A stretch of DNA of 64,000 bases from an uncultured Acidobacteriota bacterium (lineage in GTDB: Bacteria > Acidobacteriota > Terriglobia > Acidiferrales > UBA7541), in assembly GCA_963748395.1 (NCBI GenBank), contig CAVVIP010000002.1:97267-161266 (forward strand), written 5' to 3'. Positions 45,787-58,448 of this stretch are shown in pieces. Each line of letters starts with the position of its first letter. Positions within the stretch are counted from its first letter, which is position 1. A program made the translations under genes and the position numbers. The notes under the pieces were generated by a model. That model made no database searches, was not told the DNA's origin, and worked only from the letters and a program-made list of their open reading frames with translations.

Positions 45787-46282
45787 GGGTTCGCAGAGTG
45801 AACCCGTGGCACACAAGAACAATGCAAAACTCGAAGCCGGCCAACTCACCGCGCACATCGGATTCCAGATGAGGCTTGTTTCCAATAGCGTCTCGCAGGC
45901 CTTCGCTCGAAAGCTGCAGGCCAGCGGCGTCACCGTCGCCGAGTGGGTGGTCCTGCGGGAAATGTATGGCGGAGACGACACCACTTCCCCAAGCGTTGTC
46001 GCGCAACTCACCGGCCTTTCCCGGGGTGCGGTCTCCAAGCTCATCAGCAGACTTCTGGCAAAAGGCCTGGTCACTCGCAAGGAGTCTGCCGGCGATCGCC
46101 GCTACCAGGACATCGAACTCCGGCCAGCGGCGATAGCCATGGTCCCCAAGCTCGCAAATTTGGCGGACGAGAATGATGAAGAATTTTTCGGTGTACTTTC
46201 CCAATCTGAGCGTGACGCTCTGACTAGGATTTTGAGGAAAACGGCGGCGCTGCATAAGCTTTCTAAAATGCCTATCGAATAG
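45785..46282 (+). CDS. MarR family transcriptional regulator
   Basis: Winged-helix region VTVAEWVVLREMYG...VAQLTGLSRGAVSKLISRLLAKGLVTRKESAGDRR. The start is uncertain because of the overlapping promoter (see findings). Confidence 0.85.
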   Translation: MGSQSEPVAHKNNAKLEAGQLTAHIGFQMRLVSNSVSQAFARKLQASGVTVAEWVVLREMYGGDDTTSPSVVAQLTGLSRGAVSKLISRLLAKGLVTRKESAGDRRYQDIELRPAAIAMVPKLANLADENDEEFFGVLSQSERDALTRILRKTAALHKLSKMPIE

Positions 46283-46294
46283 GAGTAGCGGCAG

Positions 46295-46687
46295 ATGAAC
46301 GAAGCAATCATCCGGGAACTAATCGGCAAGGCGTTGCAAAAACAAATCAGCTTCTCGGCGATCCTCGCCGCGCTCGCAAACGAGGGAGTCGAATCCTATC
46401 ACGTCGATTTTCTGAGGAATGAATTTCGCTATTACGCCACCAACGGCTCGTCCTTCGTCATACAAGTCGCGCTGGTCCACGACAGCGTCGCGGCTGAATT
46501 TTCTGCTGAGACGCTGCAACATATCAATCAAAAGGTACAATCCGGGCAAGCGGGCTTCGCCGACTTCGTACGAGAAGCTCCAGCTGCCGGCTGCGCCTTC
46601 TACATCGTTTATCTGAATGGAAAGAAAGTGCGTTATTTCGGTCGCGATGGCGGCGAGCATATTCAAAACTTCCCCGCTCCCAGATAG
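46295..46687 (+). CDS. DUF1398 domain protein
   Basis: 130 aa, 12 nt after the marR stop. ISFSAILAALANEGVESYHVDFLRNEFRYY... resembles the DUF1398 (YbcV-like) pattern from memory. Confidence 0.7.
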   Translation: MNEAIIRELIGKALQKQISFSAILAALANEGVESYHVDFLRNEFRYYATNGSSFVIQVALVHDSVAAEFSAETLQHINQKVQSGQAGFADFVREAPAAGCAFYIVYLNGKKVRYFGRDGGEHIQNFPAPR

Positions 46688-46767
46688 CGCTCCATCCTTA
46701 CGTTCGCGGGCCGAAGCCTGCGATGCAACTCAAGAAAACAAAATCAAGCACCGAAGGAGAGGTCACC

Positions 46768-47169
46768 ATGAAACAAATTGCCCGATCGGCAATAAAATCA
46801 GTTGATATCCAGGCTGCGCCCGAAAAAGCCTACGCGTTTCTCTCAAACCCCCTCAACTGGCCCGAATACGCGGTCGTGAACTTGCGCTCCGTATCTCCCA
46901 GCCAGAACGGATGGTTCAAAGCCGTGACCAAATATGGCGAGGGCGAGCTAAAAGTGAACGGCGTGAAGGAGCTCGGCGTCTTCGATCACATCTGGAAAGA
47001 TCCTCAAGCCACGTGGCAAGGCTACTCTCGCGTCGTTCCCAATGGCGACGGTTCCACGGTCATGATGACTCTGTTTCAGCCGCCGGTCATGACCGATCCG
47101 CAGTTCGATCAGGCCATGAAGGACATGGAAATCGAGATGCGAAAACTAAAGGAGATTTTGGAACGTTAA
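46768..47169 (+). CDS. SRPBCC (START/Bet v1-like) family protein
   Basis: 133 aa from ATG 46768, preceded by AAGGAGAGG. AYAFLSNPLNWPEY is a typical SRPBCC N-terminal motif. The listed ORF starts at 46723. Confidence 0.75.
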   Translation: MKQIARSAIKSVDIQAAPEKAYAFLSNPLNWPEYAVVNLRSVSPSQNGWFKAVTKYGEGELKVNGVKELGVFDHIWKDPQATWQGYSRVVPNGDGSTVMMTLFQPPVMTDPQFDQAMKDMEIEMRKLKEILER

Positions 47170-47192
47170 TGAGGGAATAACGCAGCTGCAGG

Positions 47193-48155
47193 CTAGAGAT
47201 TTTTCCAGGCTACGGAAGCCGCGCCCAGCAGCGGGCACTCTTCGTTCAGCACCACGTGGATAGGAATCTGCACCAGGAACGATTCGAGCTTTTCTTTGTG
47301 CTTCACGGCCGCGGCAAATTTCCCGTTCTTCAGCTTGGGCAGCACCTTCACGGCAATTCCGCCGGCGATGTAAATGCCGCCGCGCGCCACCGTGCGTAGA
47401 GCCAGATTCCCCGCCTCTGACCCGTAGATTTCCACCCACAAATCTAGCGTCGCCGCGCACACCGGACATTCTCCGCTCAGACCGCGGCGCGTGATTTCCG
47501 GCGCCGGATCCGTGCTGTCATCGTCGAACCCCGTATGCCGCACCGCCGGGTTCAAAAACTCATGCACGCGCTGAAAACCGCCGCCGGACAAAATCGTTTC
47601 CACGCTCACACATTCCTGGCGCGTATTCAGAAATTTCCAAAGGTCCGCCTGCTGCGAAGTGTTGGGAGCAAAATCCGCGTGCCCTGCTTCCGTTGCCATG
47701 GGGACATGTCGGTGACCATCCCAGAACAGAATTCCTTCACCGAGCCCCGTGCCCGCTGCGATTACGATTTGTGTGGAGCGCGGCGAGGGCACTCCGGCAT
47801 GAATCGTTTCCAGTTCACTGGGCTCCAGGACGCCGATCCCGTACGCTGCCGCTTCCACATCGTTCACCAGGCGCACATGATTCAACCGCAGATGCGTCGC
47901 CACGCTCGCGCCATCCACCACCCACGGGAAATTCGTCGCCTGCACCCGGTTGTTAACCACCGGACCCGCAATCCCGAAAGATGCCGCGGTGATTTTCGCT
48001 CCTGCGCCATTCAGAAAATCGCTGGTGATTTCTTCCAGGCCAGCATGTTGTTGCGTGGCATAACGCCTGTCGGCGACGCGGACCAGCTTGCCAGCCTTTA
48101 CATCGAACAGACCGAGGTTAGCCTTGGTCCCTCCCAGGTCGCCCGCCAAAATCAT
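47193..48155 (-). CDS. glk: glucokinase
   Basis: MILAGDLGGTKANLGLF N-terminus (ATP-binding DxGGT). IAAGTGLGEG. 320 aa. Confidence 0.9.
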   Translation of the reverse strand: MILAGDLGGTKANLGLFDVKAGKLVRVADRRYATQQHAGLEEITSDFLNGAGAKITAASFGIAGPVVNNRVQATNFPWVVDGASVATHLRLNHVRLVNDVEAAAYGIGVLEPSELETIHAGVPSPRSTQIVIAAGTGLGEGILFWDGHRHVPMATEAGHADFAPNTSQQADLWKFLNTRQECVSVETILSGGGFQRVHEFLNPAVRHTGFDDDSTDPAPEITRRGLSGECPVCAATLDLWVEIYGSEAGNLALRTVARGGIYIAGGIAVKVLPKLKNGKFAAAVKHKEKLESFLVQIPIHVVLNEECPLLGAASVAWKNL

Positions 48156-48207
48156 GGAACCCTCCGAACTTGATAGTCCAGCCTACTGTGCGTGAACGCG
48201 TGCCGAC

Positions 48208-49749
48208 TTACAGCGTGCGCCAATGCCGGCCATCGGCAGCCGTCAAGTCATCTACCGCCCGCGGGCCGTCGCTGCCGGCCGGATAATTCGGAAAAGGCGG
48301 CGGGGACGCATTCTTCCATGCTTCCAGAATCGGATCCACCAGCGTCCATGCGGCTTCCACGCTGTCGGCGCGGTCAAACAGCGTGGCGTCTCCCCGGATG
48401 CAATCATTAATTAGCGTGGCATACGCGGGGCGCGTGCCGCCGCCAAACGCGTCCTTGTACTTGAAATCCATAGTCACCGGCTGAATGCGCATCTGCGCGC
48501 CAGGCGATTTCGCTCCGAAGGAAAGCGAAATGCCTTCGTCCGGCTGGATATTCAGCACCAGCGAATTCGTTTCGTGGTCTTCTCCGCGAAACACCATGTG
48601 CGGCGCGCTCTTGAATTGGATCGCAACCTCCGTCAGCGGCCGCGCCAGTCGCTTGCCGGTGCGCAAATAGAAAGGCACACCGCTCCAGCGCCAGTTGTCC
48701 ACATGCAACTTCAATGCCACAAATGTTTCCGTCGCGGAATCCGGCTTCACCCCGGGCTCTTGCCGGTATCCCGGAACCGCTTTTCCGTCCTCTTGGCCGG
48801 GTCCGTACTGGCCGCGGATAACGCATTTCCATACCGATTCCTTAGTAAACGGACGAATGGACTGTAAAACTTTAATTTTTTCGTTGCGCACCGACGTAGC
48901 GTCAAACCTTGCCGGAGCCTCCATCGCAATCAGCGAAGTCAGCTGCAGCACGTGGCTCTGAATCATGTCCCGCAGCGCGCCTGCCGATTCGTAGAACGCG
49001 GCACGCCTCTCTACGCCCAACGCTTCGGCGGCCGTAATCTGGACGCTATCTATATAATTGCGGTTCCACAGCGGCTCGAAAATGCCGTTCCCGAAACGGA
49101 AGACCAGCATGTTTTGCACGGTTTCTTTACCCAGATAATGGTCAATGCGGTACACCTGCGACTCGTCGAATGCTTCCAGCACGCGCTTATTCAAGTCGCG
49201 CGCTGACGCCAGATCGTGTCCAAACGGTTTTTCAATGATGATTCGCGTCCACGACTTATCCGTCTTGGGTTTGTTCAGGCCGGACTTCTGCAGTTGTTCG
49301 ATCACGTGAAGATAAACTTCCGGTGGCGTAGCCAGATAAAAAAGGCGATTGCCGCCCAGTTGGCCTTCCCCATCGAGTTCGTCCAGGCGCTGCGCCAAGT
49401 TCCGAAATGTTTCGGGATCGTCGTAGTTCCCAGAAAAATATCGCAAAGAATGCAAAAATTCGGCCTTCTTGGCGTCGTCGGCCCCTTCTTCATGGCCGGA
49501 CGGCAGAAATTCGCCGGCCTTCTGCGTGAAATCGCCGTCCGTCATTTCCGTGCGCGCGAACCCCAGGAGACGAAAGCGTGGCCCCAGGCAAGCATGGAAA
49601 GAAAGGTCGTAGAGCGCGGGCAGAAGTTTACGGCGTGCCAGATCGCCGGACGCGCCAAACATCACAATTGCGCAAGGATCGGAAGGCGCTTCGCAAAAAT
49701 AGCTACCTGCGTGCGTGGCTTCGGTGGCAACAGCTGCTTTCGTATTCAT
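48208..49749 (-). CDS. zwf: glucose-6-phosphate dehydrogenase
   Basis: FGASGDLARRKLLPALY NADP-binding motif and RIDHYLGKE active-site motif. 513 aa. Confidence 0.95.
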   Translation of the reverse strand: MNTKAAVATEATHAGSYFCEAPSDPCAIVMFGASGDLARRKLLPALYDLSFHACLGPRFRLLGFARTEMTDGDFTQKAGEFLPSGHEEGADDAKKAEFLHSLRYFSGNYDDPETFRNLAQRLDELDGEGQLGGNRLFYLATPPEVYLHVIEQLQKSGLNKPKTDKSWTRIIIEKPFGHDLASARDLNKRVLEAFDESQVYRIDHYLGKETVQNMLVFRFGNGIFEPLWNRNYIDSVQITAAEALGVERRAAFYESAGALRDMIQSHVLQLTSLIAMEAPARFDATSVRNEKIKVLQSIRPFTKESVWKCVIRGQYGPGQEDGKAVPGYRQEPGVKPDSATETFVALKLHVDNWRWSGVPFYLRTGKRLARPLTEVAIQFKSAPHMVFRGEDHETNSLVLNIQPDEGISLSFGAKSPGAQMRIQPVTMDFKYKDAFGGGTRPAYATLINDCIRGDATLFDRADSVEAAWTLVDPILEAWKNASPPPFPNYPAGSDGPRAVDDLTAADGRHWRTL

Positions 49750-49796
49750 TATAAGTATCCCGGTGGCCCGCCGACGACAGGCCGGATGTACCCTAA

Positions 49797-49811
49797 TGTT
49801 TTATTAAAACA
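49797..49811. promoter_or_regulatory. perfect 15-bp AT-rich palindrome in the zwf / yggX divergent promoter region
   Basis: TGTTTTA-T-TAAAACA, 48-62 nt upstream of the zwf ATG. A candidate operator. No cognate regulator is identified in the window. Confidence 0.3.
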
Positions 49812-49962
49812 AGCGCCTTTACACAAGAGCCTATCACAACTCGGCGGATGCCCCGCTACCCGACCTTTCGGGCGGCCCTGTCTCGCGCCGGACCCGCCCA
49901 ACTGGAATTTCACACGCCGATGCAGTATCTTGAATTGCAGCACACTCTGCAAGGAGACGTAC

Positions 49963-50298
49963 ATGGCCGACGAGAAGAACCCAGGAAATTCGGGCGCAGC
50001 CGCTTCCGCGCAGCCCGCGCCCCAAGCCCCGCATATCGTGAAATGCGTCAAATTTGGACGGGAGATGCCCGGACTGGATCGCATTCCCTGGAAGGGTGAT
50101 ATCGGTAAACGGATTTACGACAACGTCTCCAAGGAAGCCTGGAAGCTGTGGGTTGAACATTCTAAGATGCTCATGAATGAGTTTCGCCTGAATCCTCTGG
50201 ACCCCAAATCGCAACAGGTGATGGAAGAGCAGATGGAGACGTACTTCTTCGGCGAAGGCGCAAAACTGCCGGATAGCTACGTTCCTCCGAAGCACTAA
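49963..50298 (+). CDS. yggX: Fe(2+)-trafficking / oxidative-damage protection protein YggX
   Basis: KCVKFGREMPGLDRIPWKGDIGKRIYDNVSKEAWKLWVEHSKMLMNEFRLNPLDP matches the YggX family closely. ATG 49963 is preceded by AAGGAG. The rest of listed ORF 49216..50298 is antisense shadow of zwf. Confidence 0.85.
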   Translation: MADEKNPGNSGAAASAQPAPQAPHIVKCVKFGREMPGLDRIPWKGDIGKRIYDNVSKEAWKLWVEHSKMLMNEFRLNPLDPKSQQVMEEQMETYFFGEGAKLPDSYVPPKH

Positions 50299-50443
50299 GA
50301 ACCATCATCGAACGCACTGTCGTTCCGCAGCGCGGCTTCATCGCCTGCGCACATTCCCGCCTTCCGGCGCGAAATTCGCCCCAGAGCCACGGCCGTAGTG
50401 CGCTAAAATAGAATGTTCTGATGAGAGGAGAATTAATCCCCGC

Positions 50444-53122
<2,679 letters not shown>

Positions 53123-53138
53123 AGCTTTTCGTCCCAGC

Positions 53139-53456
53139 TTAGGCGCGGTGCCCGCTCAGGTGCGGATCGCCGTGGTCTTTCAAGCGCATGCGCAGCAGCA
53201 CCGGCGCAGATAGCGCGAATACCGCCGCGAACACCACGAAAAATCCCGCGAACGCCACCCAGAACGCCGCACCTTTGTGCCGCAGAAACATCAGCGCCAC
53301 ATCACCCAGACCAAAGGAAAGGGCAAAAACAAATATTGCCGAAAGCGGCTTCGGACAAAGGGCTGCGTTGCAATGCGTACATACCACGCCCGAAAGCCCC
53401 GCGGGCGTCCAAAGCGATTTTGTGGGGATATGTTCGTTGCATTGCGGGCAGGTCAT
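53139..53456 (-). CDS. hypothetical zinc-ribbon membrane protein
   Basis: N-terminal CPQC...CTHC pair followed by two hydrophobic helices. 105 aa. 70 nt downstream of the BNR protein gene on the same strand. Confidence 0.55.
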   Translation of the reverse strand: MTCPQCNEHIPTKSLWTPAGLSGVVCTHCNAALCPKPLSAIFVFALSFGLGDVALMFLRHKGAAFWVAFAGFFVVFAAVFALSAPVLLRMRLKDHGDPHLSGHRA

Positions 53457-53526
53457 AGCGGAATTCCTCCCGATTGAATGACGGCTACCGCTGGATGCCC
53501 AGGCCGGGCTGGGGCGCTGACGGGGG

Positions 53527-56500
53527 CTAATCTACCACGACTTGCACTGTAGTTGAATGCCGGAAGTTTCCCGTCACCCCCTGGATCGTGATCTGGTATG
53601 ACTTCGGGACAGGCCCGCTTCCACCGCCGCTGCCACCGCACGCCTCCAGCAGTCCCAGCAGCAAAATCACGCAGCAACTGGCAAACACCATCCTCGCCCG
53701 CGGACCGTCCAATTTCTTCAGCGTGGTAAAGAATCCGAAAATCGCTAAAATTCCGGCGAAGGCCAGCCCCGCAGGAGCGATTCTCACCGCCGGAGGATTC
53801 CTGAATTGCGGAATGGGCGCGCTTGCTGCTGCTGGGACGGTAATCCCGAGTCCCACCGTCGTTCCCGCCGCGACAGTAATCGCGGGATTCGGTGAAAAAT
53901 TGCAAATGAAGCCCGCCGGCGCATTGCTGCAGGAGAGTTGCACCGCTCCGCCGGCGTTGCCCACAGCGTTGAGAGTCACCTGATAATTCGCAGTTCCGCC
54001 CGCGTTCACCGTGTTGCTCGCCGGAACCGTCGTGCCGAAGGAAAAATCGCATGATGCGCCCACGGTACTGAACGTCAGCGTATTCGTTGAGCCCAGCGTT
54101 GGATCCGTAACCGTCACCGGCACTGCGCCGCCGCAGTCCAAGGCGCCGGCGGGCGCCGTTGCCGTCAGATTCGTCGAGCTCACGAAAGTAGTGGGCAGCG
54201 CCGCGCCATTGAAATCGATCACGGATTGTTGCGTGAACCCATCGCCGCTCGCCGCTAACTGCAGCGATCCGGAACCGGTGTCGGCCGACGCCGGGCTTAG
54301 CTCCGTCAGCGAATAGCTCGGAAGATTTGGCAGCAGCAAACTCCATAAGCCACGGCCATGCGTGCCGGCCACCAAGGTCCGCGACGTATTGCGCAGCTTC
54401 AACGCCAGCACTTGCGTATTCGGCAGACCGGTTTGCAGCACGCTCCACGTGGCGGCGCCCCCGGCGGTGGCGTTCGCGCTGGCGTAAACTCCGGAATCCG
54501 TTGCCAGGTATATCGTGTTGTCCGCCGCGTCGGTGGGATCGATAACGATGTCGTTGACCGGAACATCCGGCAGATTGCCATCGACCTGCAGCCAGGAAGC
54601 ACCGGAATTGTTCGTAAAAAAAACGTGTCCCAGTCCGTCGCACCCCGGCACGCCCGGGCAGGAAAAACCGGAATACGCCACGAACCCCGCCGCCGGGTTG
54701 GCGGAATCCACCGCGATGGCCGTCACGCTGCGCACCGGCTGATTGCTCTGGTTGACCATGTGAATGTCGGTCGCGCCGCTCAATGCCTGCGCGGACTGCC
54801 AAATCCGCCCATCCGAAGTTCCCGCGTAAATCGTATTCGAATCGCTCGGCGCCACGCTTATCGTGGTCACAAAATCCTGGCTGCCATCGCTCGTCAAGTC
54901 CGACGTAATTGCGGCCCAGCTCGTTCCCCCGGTCGTCGTCTGGTACAAGCGATACGTGCCGAAATACAAATTCTGGCTGCTCATCGCGTCCAGCACCAGC
55001 GGCGGAATGAAATCGGCGTTGTCCGCAAAATCGATTCCGTTAAGGTCCGTCGCCGCCCAATTGATGCCATCCGTCCCGGGAACGCCATTCAGAATATTCT
55101 TGGTCAGCGTGCCCGGCCCGCCCAGATAGCTGCACGCCGCATAAATCGTACTGGGCGTTTGCGGATCAATTGCCGTGTAGCCGCCGTCGTAAGGACAAGC
55201 CTCGGTCCCGCTCGCGGCCAGCGACCCGCTGAATTGCTGCACGTCGTTCCCTTGCGTTCCGCCGTAGATGATCTGATCGGTCGCAGGATGAACGGAAATC
55301 CCGGGATAAAACTGCGTCAGATTCAGCGACGTGTTGGCATTGCCGGTATTCGTATTCAAGTCCGCCCAGTGCTGATTGCCCGGAGCCGTGGCGGAATTGA
55401 ATACGTCCTGCGAAGCCCACACGCCCCCATCGTTGCCGGCGAACATCGCCCGCACCGCGCCGCCGGAGCCGATCGCGAAATGCAGCGCGTGAACATGTAC
55501 GTGGACATAAGTGGTGTTTCCGCTGCCATCCGCGCTTACGTCGCCCCAGGTGTTCCCGCCATCGAGCGAACGATATAGCGACGAATTCCCAAACGCGTTG
55601 TGGCCAAACTGCGGCTGCGCCGAACCGCCAGCAAAAATCGTCTGGCCGGATGTTCCGGGAACCACCGCGAGCTTCATATCGTAAAAGCACTGCGGCGCGC
55701 AGAAATCAGGCAAATTCGAAGCATTAGGGTAGATCGCGCTGAACGCTGGACCGGATCCGTTGGGTTGAATCCCTGTGCCGGAGAGCACGCCGAGAAGATT
55801 GTCTGAATTCGTGCTGGCGTCGGCAATCGCCACGTATAGCCTGGACGCCACCGGCGAACTACCCGGAGCAATCGCCAGCGAGATGCTTCCATAATTCGAC
55901 GGTGCTGACGCTGCATCGAGGGCCGTCACTCGACTCCACGTAATTCCTGCATTCTGCGAAATATAAACGCCGTTGCAAGGCGCCGTCGCGCACGCCGCAC
56001 TCGCAGCCGCGTCGCCGTTCGGGTCCCCCAACGCCGCATATGCCGTTTGGCCGGAGGCATCGCTGGGATCAAACCGCACATCGGTTGCCGGATTGAATGG
56101 CGGCCCGCTCGCGCCACCACCCGGCTGCACCCGGCTCCAACTATTCCCGCCGTCCGTCGAACGCCACACGCCGGACGGCAGCGATCCACCAGCGGCGTAA
56201 TCCGTTCCCTGCACCGCAGCCAAAATCACCGGATTCGTCTGATGCGGCTGCACCGCCAGCGCGGCGATGTACGGGCCGCTCGCGCCCGGCCCCTGCGACG
56301 CGCTGCTCGTAAACGTAATATCTCGCGTCCAGGTTTGCCCGCCGTCCTGCGAGCGTAGCACTCCTGCGCCGTATAAATTGTCGAGTGCGTAGTTCGATTC
56401 GCCCGTGCCGGCTAGAATCAGGCTGCTCTGTGTGTGACCGCCGGCAAACGTGCCACAGGACGGGCCCAACGCCAGCGCTCCGGTGGAAAGCGAGGGCTCG

Positions 56501-57069
56501 CTATCGGTAAGCGGCTTCCACGTGACGGGACTGCCGCTCAACGCGTTGAAGCTTACCCACACTCCGCCGTCCGCGCCGCCTGCGTACACCGTATTTCCCG
56601 TCGCGTCGCAAGGGTCCACGGCGAGTGCGGTCACGCGGCCGGATACGTTTCCGTAGAGCGCGGTGTTCGCGGTGGGTTGCGGGCCCAGCGATGTCCAGGA
56701 TTGCGTCACTGGCGAGATCGCCGTCTTGCTCAACGCGGCGCGTTCGACGAACGTGCCGTTACTGCTGACCATCTTCCGGTTTTCCGCGATGGCCGCGAGC
56801 AGCAAATTGTTCGGAATATGTCCGTTCGCCGAAGCGCGCTGCCGGAAGAACCATTGCGCGCGTTTGCGCACCAATTCTGCCGAACCGGGCTCGTGCCTGG
56901 CGCGCGATCGCCGCGATGTGATCTGCTGCGCCAACAGCGGCCCCAGCGACGCGCTAAGTACCCCCGCGCACACCACTCCGAGCAAGCCCCGACGATGTCT
57001 TCGGCTCAATTCGACTAGATTAGACAAAACTCCGCACGGCCCACCCGCCGTGCAGACCTGGTCCGACAA
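53527..57069 (-). CDS. large secreted BNR/Asp-box beta-propeller protein with IPT/TIG and Ig-like C-terminal domains and C-terminal membrane hairpin
   Basis: Asp-box motifs [24 protein letters not shown] plus degenerate copies. IPT-like [25 protein letters not shown]. Two C-terminal hydrophobic helices. The true start may be an internal TTG/GTG giving signal peptide [25 protein letters not shown]. Confidence 0.8.
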   Translation of the reverse strand: MSDQVCTAGGPCGVLSNLVELSRRHRRGLLGVVCAGVLSASLGPLLAQQITSRRSRARHEPGSAELVRKRAQWFFRQRASANGHIPNNLLLAAIAENRKMVSSNGTFVERAALSKTAISPVTQSWTSLGPQPTANTALYGNVSGRVTALAVDPCDATGNTVYAGGADGGVWVSFNALSGSPVTWKPLTDSEPSLSTGALALGPSCGTFAGGHTQSSLILAGTGESNYALDNLYGAGVLRSQDGGQTWTRDITFTSSASQGPGASGPYIAALAVQPHQTNPVILAAVQGTDYAAGGSLPSGVWRSTDGGNSWSRVQPGGGASGPPFNPATDVRFDPSDASGQTAYAALGDPNGDAAASAACATAPCNGVYISQNAGITWSRVTALDAASAPSNYGSISLAIAPGSSPVASRLYVAIADASTNSDNLLGVLSGTGIQPNGSGPAFSAIYPNASNLPDFCAPQCFYDMKLAVVPGTSGQTIFAGGSAQPQFGHNAFGNSSLYRSLDGGNTWGDVSADGSGNTTYVHVHVHALHFAIGSGGAVRAMFAGNDGGVWASQDVFNSATAPGNQHWADLNTNTGNANTSLNLTQFYPGISVHPATDQIIYGGTQGNDVQQFSGSLAASGTEACPYDGGYTAIDPQTPSTIYAACSYLGGPGTLTKNILNGVPGTDGINWAATDLNGIDFADNADFIPPLVLDAMSSQNLYFGTYRLYQTTTGGTSWAAITSDLTSDGSQDFVTTISVAPSDSNTIYAGTSDGRIWQSAQALSGATDIHMVNQSNQPVRSVTAIAVDSANPAAGFVAYSGFSCPGVPGCDGLGHVFFTNNSGASWLQVDGNLPDVPVNDIVIDPTDAADNTIYLATDSGVYASANATAGGAATWSVLQTGLPNTQVLALKLRNTSRTLVAGTHGRGLWSLLLPNLPSYSLTELSPASADTGSGSLQLAASGDGFTQQSVIDFNGAALPTTFVSSTNLTATAPAGALDCGGAVPVTVTDPTLGSTNTLTFSTVGASCDFSFGTTVPASNTVNAGGTANYQVTLNAVGNAGGAVQLSCSNAPAGFICNFSPNPAITVAAGTTVGLGITVPAAASAPIPQFRNPPAVRIAPAGLAFAGILAIFGFFTTLKKLDGPRARMVFASCCVILLLGLLEACGGSGGGSGPVPKSYQITIQGVTGNFRHSTTVQVVVD

Positions 57070-57310
57070 AATTCACCACCCCGCAGCGAGCGCTATTGTA
57101 GCTAAAAATCCTCGCACCTGGGATTTGTTTACAGGCAATACAGAACTGTACACTCTTGCTGCAAATGAGTCGGCCACGCAGCCGCAGGTAGAATCGAAAT
57201 GGCCGCCAATGTTATTGTATCGGCCGGCGAGCGCACCAGCGTGGCGCGCCCCCAGCGCCGAAGCCACGCGTGAAGTATTCTCACCGCGCATTTCGAAAAG
57301 GAGCGCATTC

Positions 57311-57637
57311 ATGAACCGAAAACACAGTTTTTCGTTCTTCGTACTCGCGGCATCGCTGCTGTTCGTGCTCTCCGTCCCGGTTTTGTCACACAGCCATTCC
57401 GCGACGGCACAATCCTCGGCCGCGGCTCCTGCCAGCGCCAATCTGGTGGATTTGAACTCGGCCACCAAAGCCCAGCTCGACGCTCTGCCGGGCATTGGCG
57501 ACGCGTATTCGCAGAAGATTATTGACGGCCGGCCATACCACGCGAAGACCGACTTGCTCAGAAAAAAAATTGTCCCTAAAGCCACCTACGACAAAATTAA
57601 AGACCTGGTCATCGCCAAACAACCGGCAACCAAATAG
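57311..57637 (+). CDS. ComEA-like helix-hairpin-helix DNA-binding protein (secreted)
   Basis: Signal peptide, then [31 protein letters not shown] (HhH). ATG 57311 is preceded by AAAAGGAG. The remainder of listed ORF 56663..57637 is antisense shadow. Confidence 0.85.
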   Translation: MNRKHSFSFFVLAASLLFVLSVPVLSHSHSATAQSSAAAPASANLVDLNSATKAQLDALPGIGDAYSQKIIDGRPYHAKTDLLRKKIVPKATYDKIKDLVIAKQPATK

Positions 57638-57731
57638 TTCAGGGCCTTATCTCACGGCGCCAACACGCTGAACTGAATCCATCGCGCGGCGCGCCTTTCG
57701 CGGCCCGCCGCGCAGCTTACTTCTTCAATCT

Positions 57732-58379
57732 ATGAGCCTGACGATCCTATCCCCGCTGATTCCCACAGGCACCGAGCTGACCGCAATACTGGTCGTCGTC
57801 TGTTTTTCCGCCGGCCTGAATGTGTACGCCACCGTCGGCATGCTCGGCCTGCTAGGACGCTTCAACGTCCTGGCCCTGCCGCCCGCGATTCACCTGTTGC
57901 AGGATTGGAGAATCATTGCGGGCTGTTGCGTGCTGTTCCTGCTGGAATTCGTCGGTGACAAGATCCCCATTTTCGATCTGCTCTGGAACGCCGCGCACAC
58001 TTTCGTGCGGGTCCCGGTCGCGGCCTTCCTGGCGTACGCGGCTACGTCTCAATTACCTCAATGGGAACAAATCGCGGCCACCTTTGCGGGAGGATTGATC
58101 GCCCTGGCGGCCCATGGCGGGAAGACAGCTGCGCGAGCGGCCATCGTGCATTCGCCCGAGCCATTCTCAAATTTTGCGTTAAGCACGGCCGAAGATGCGC
58201 TGGTGGTATTCCTGATGTGGATCGTTACGCGGCATCCCTACATCGCCGCCGTGATTGTATTGCTTGCGCTCGGCGTGATCGCGATCTTAATTCGCTTTGT
58301 GATCCGCTCGCTGCGCACTCTACTCAGCGATGCGGAAGCCGCGCTTGTGCAAGCTGGCACCGGCAATTCCGCGAGATAA
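57732..58379 (+). CDS. DUF4126 family membrane protein
   Basis: AGLNVYATVGMLGLLGRF...FLLEFVGDKIPIFDLLWN pattern recalls DUF4126. 215 aa, multi-TM. Confidence 0.75.
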   Translation: MSLTILSPLIPTGTELTAILVVVCFSAGLNVYATVGMLGLLGRFNVLALPPAIHLLQDWRIIAGCCVLFLLEFVGDKIPIFDLLWNAAHTFVRVPVAAFLAYAATSQLPQWEQIAATFAGGLIALAAHGGKTAARAAIVHSPEPFSNFALSTAEDALVVFLMWIVTRHPYIAAVIVLLALGVIAILIRFVIRSLRTLLSDAEAALVQAGTGNSAR

Positions 58380-58448
58380 AGCGCAGAAATCATCCGCCGG
58401 GCGCGGATTCGATCGCGACCGCCGCAATCTGCAAAAGCGCGCGTTGCC

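Noticed and set aside
38844-47169. tRNA-Arg as the anchor of a genomic island carrying the kinase / c-di-GMP / marR genes
   Set aside because: There is no integrase, no direct repeat of the tRNA 3' end, no mobility genes and no visible change in composition. The tRNA 3' end points away from these genes.
49216-49962. N-terminal 249 codons of the listed 360-aa ORF 49216..50298. The same applies to 56663..57310 of ORF 56663..57637.
   Set aside because: These parts are antisense to zwf and to the BNR protein gene. Only the SD-preceded distal segments (yggX from 49963, comEA-like from 57311) have family-like sequence.
57684-57713. GC-rich hairpin (GCGCGGCG...CGCCGCGC) after the comEA-like gene as a terminator. 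A similar 7-bp stem lies at 61431..61448 between convergent genes.
   Set aside because: Neither hairpin has a convincing U-tract. They are too weak to annotate as terminators, although they may still act as RNA 3'-end or REP-like structures.
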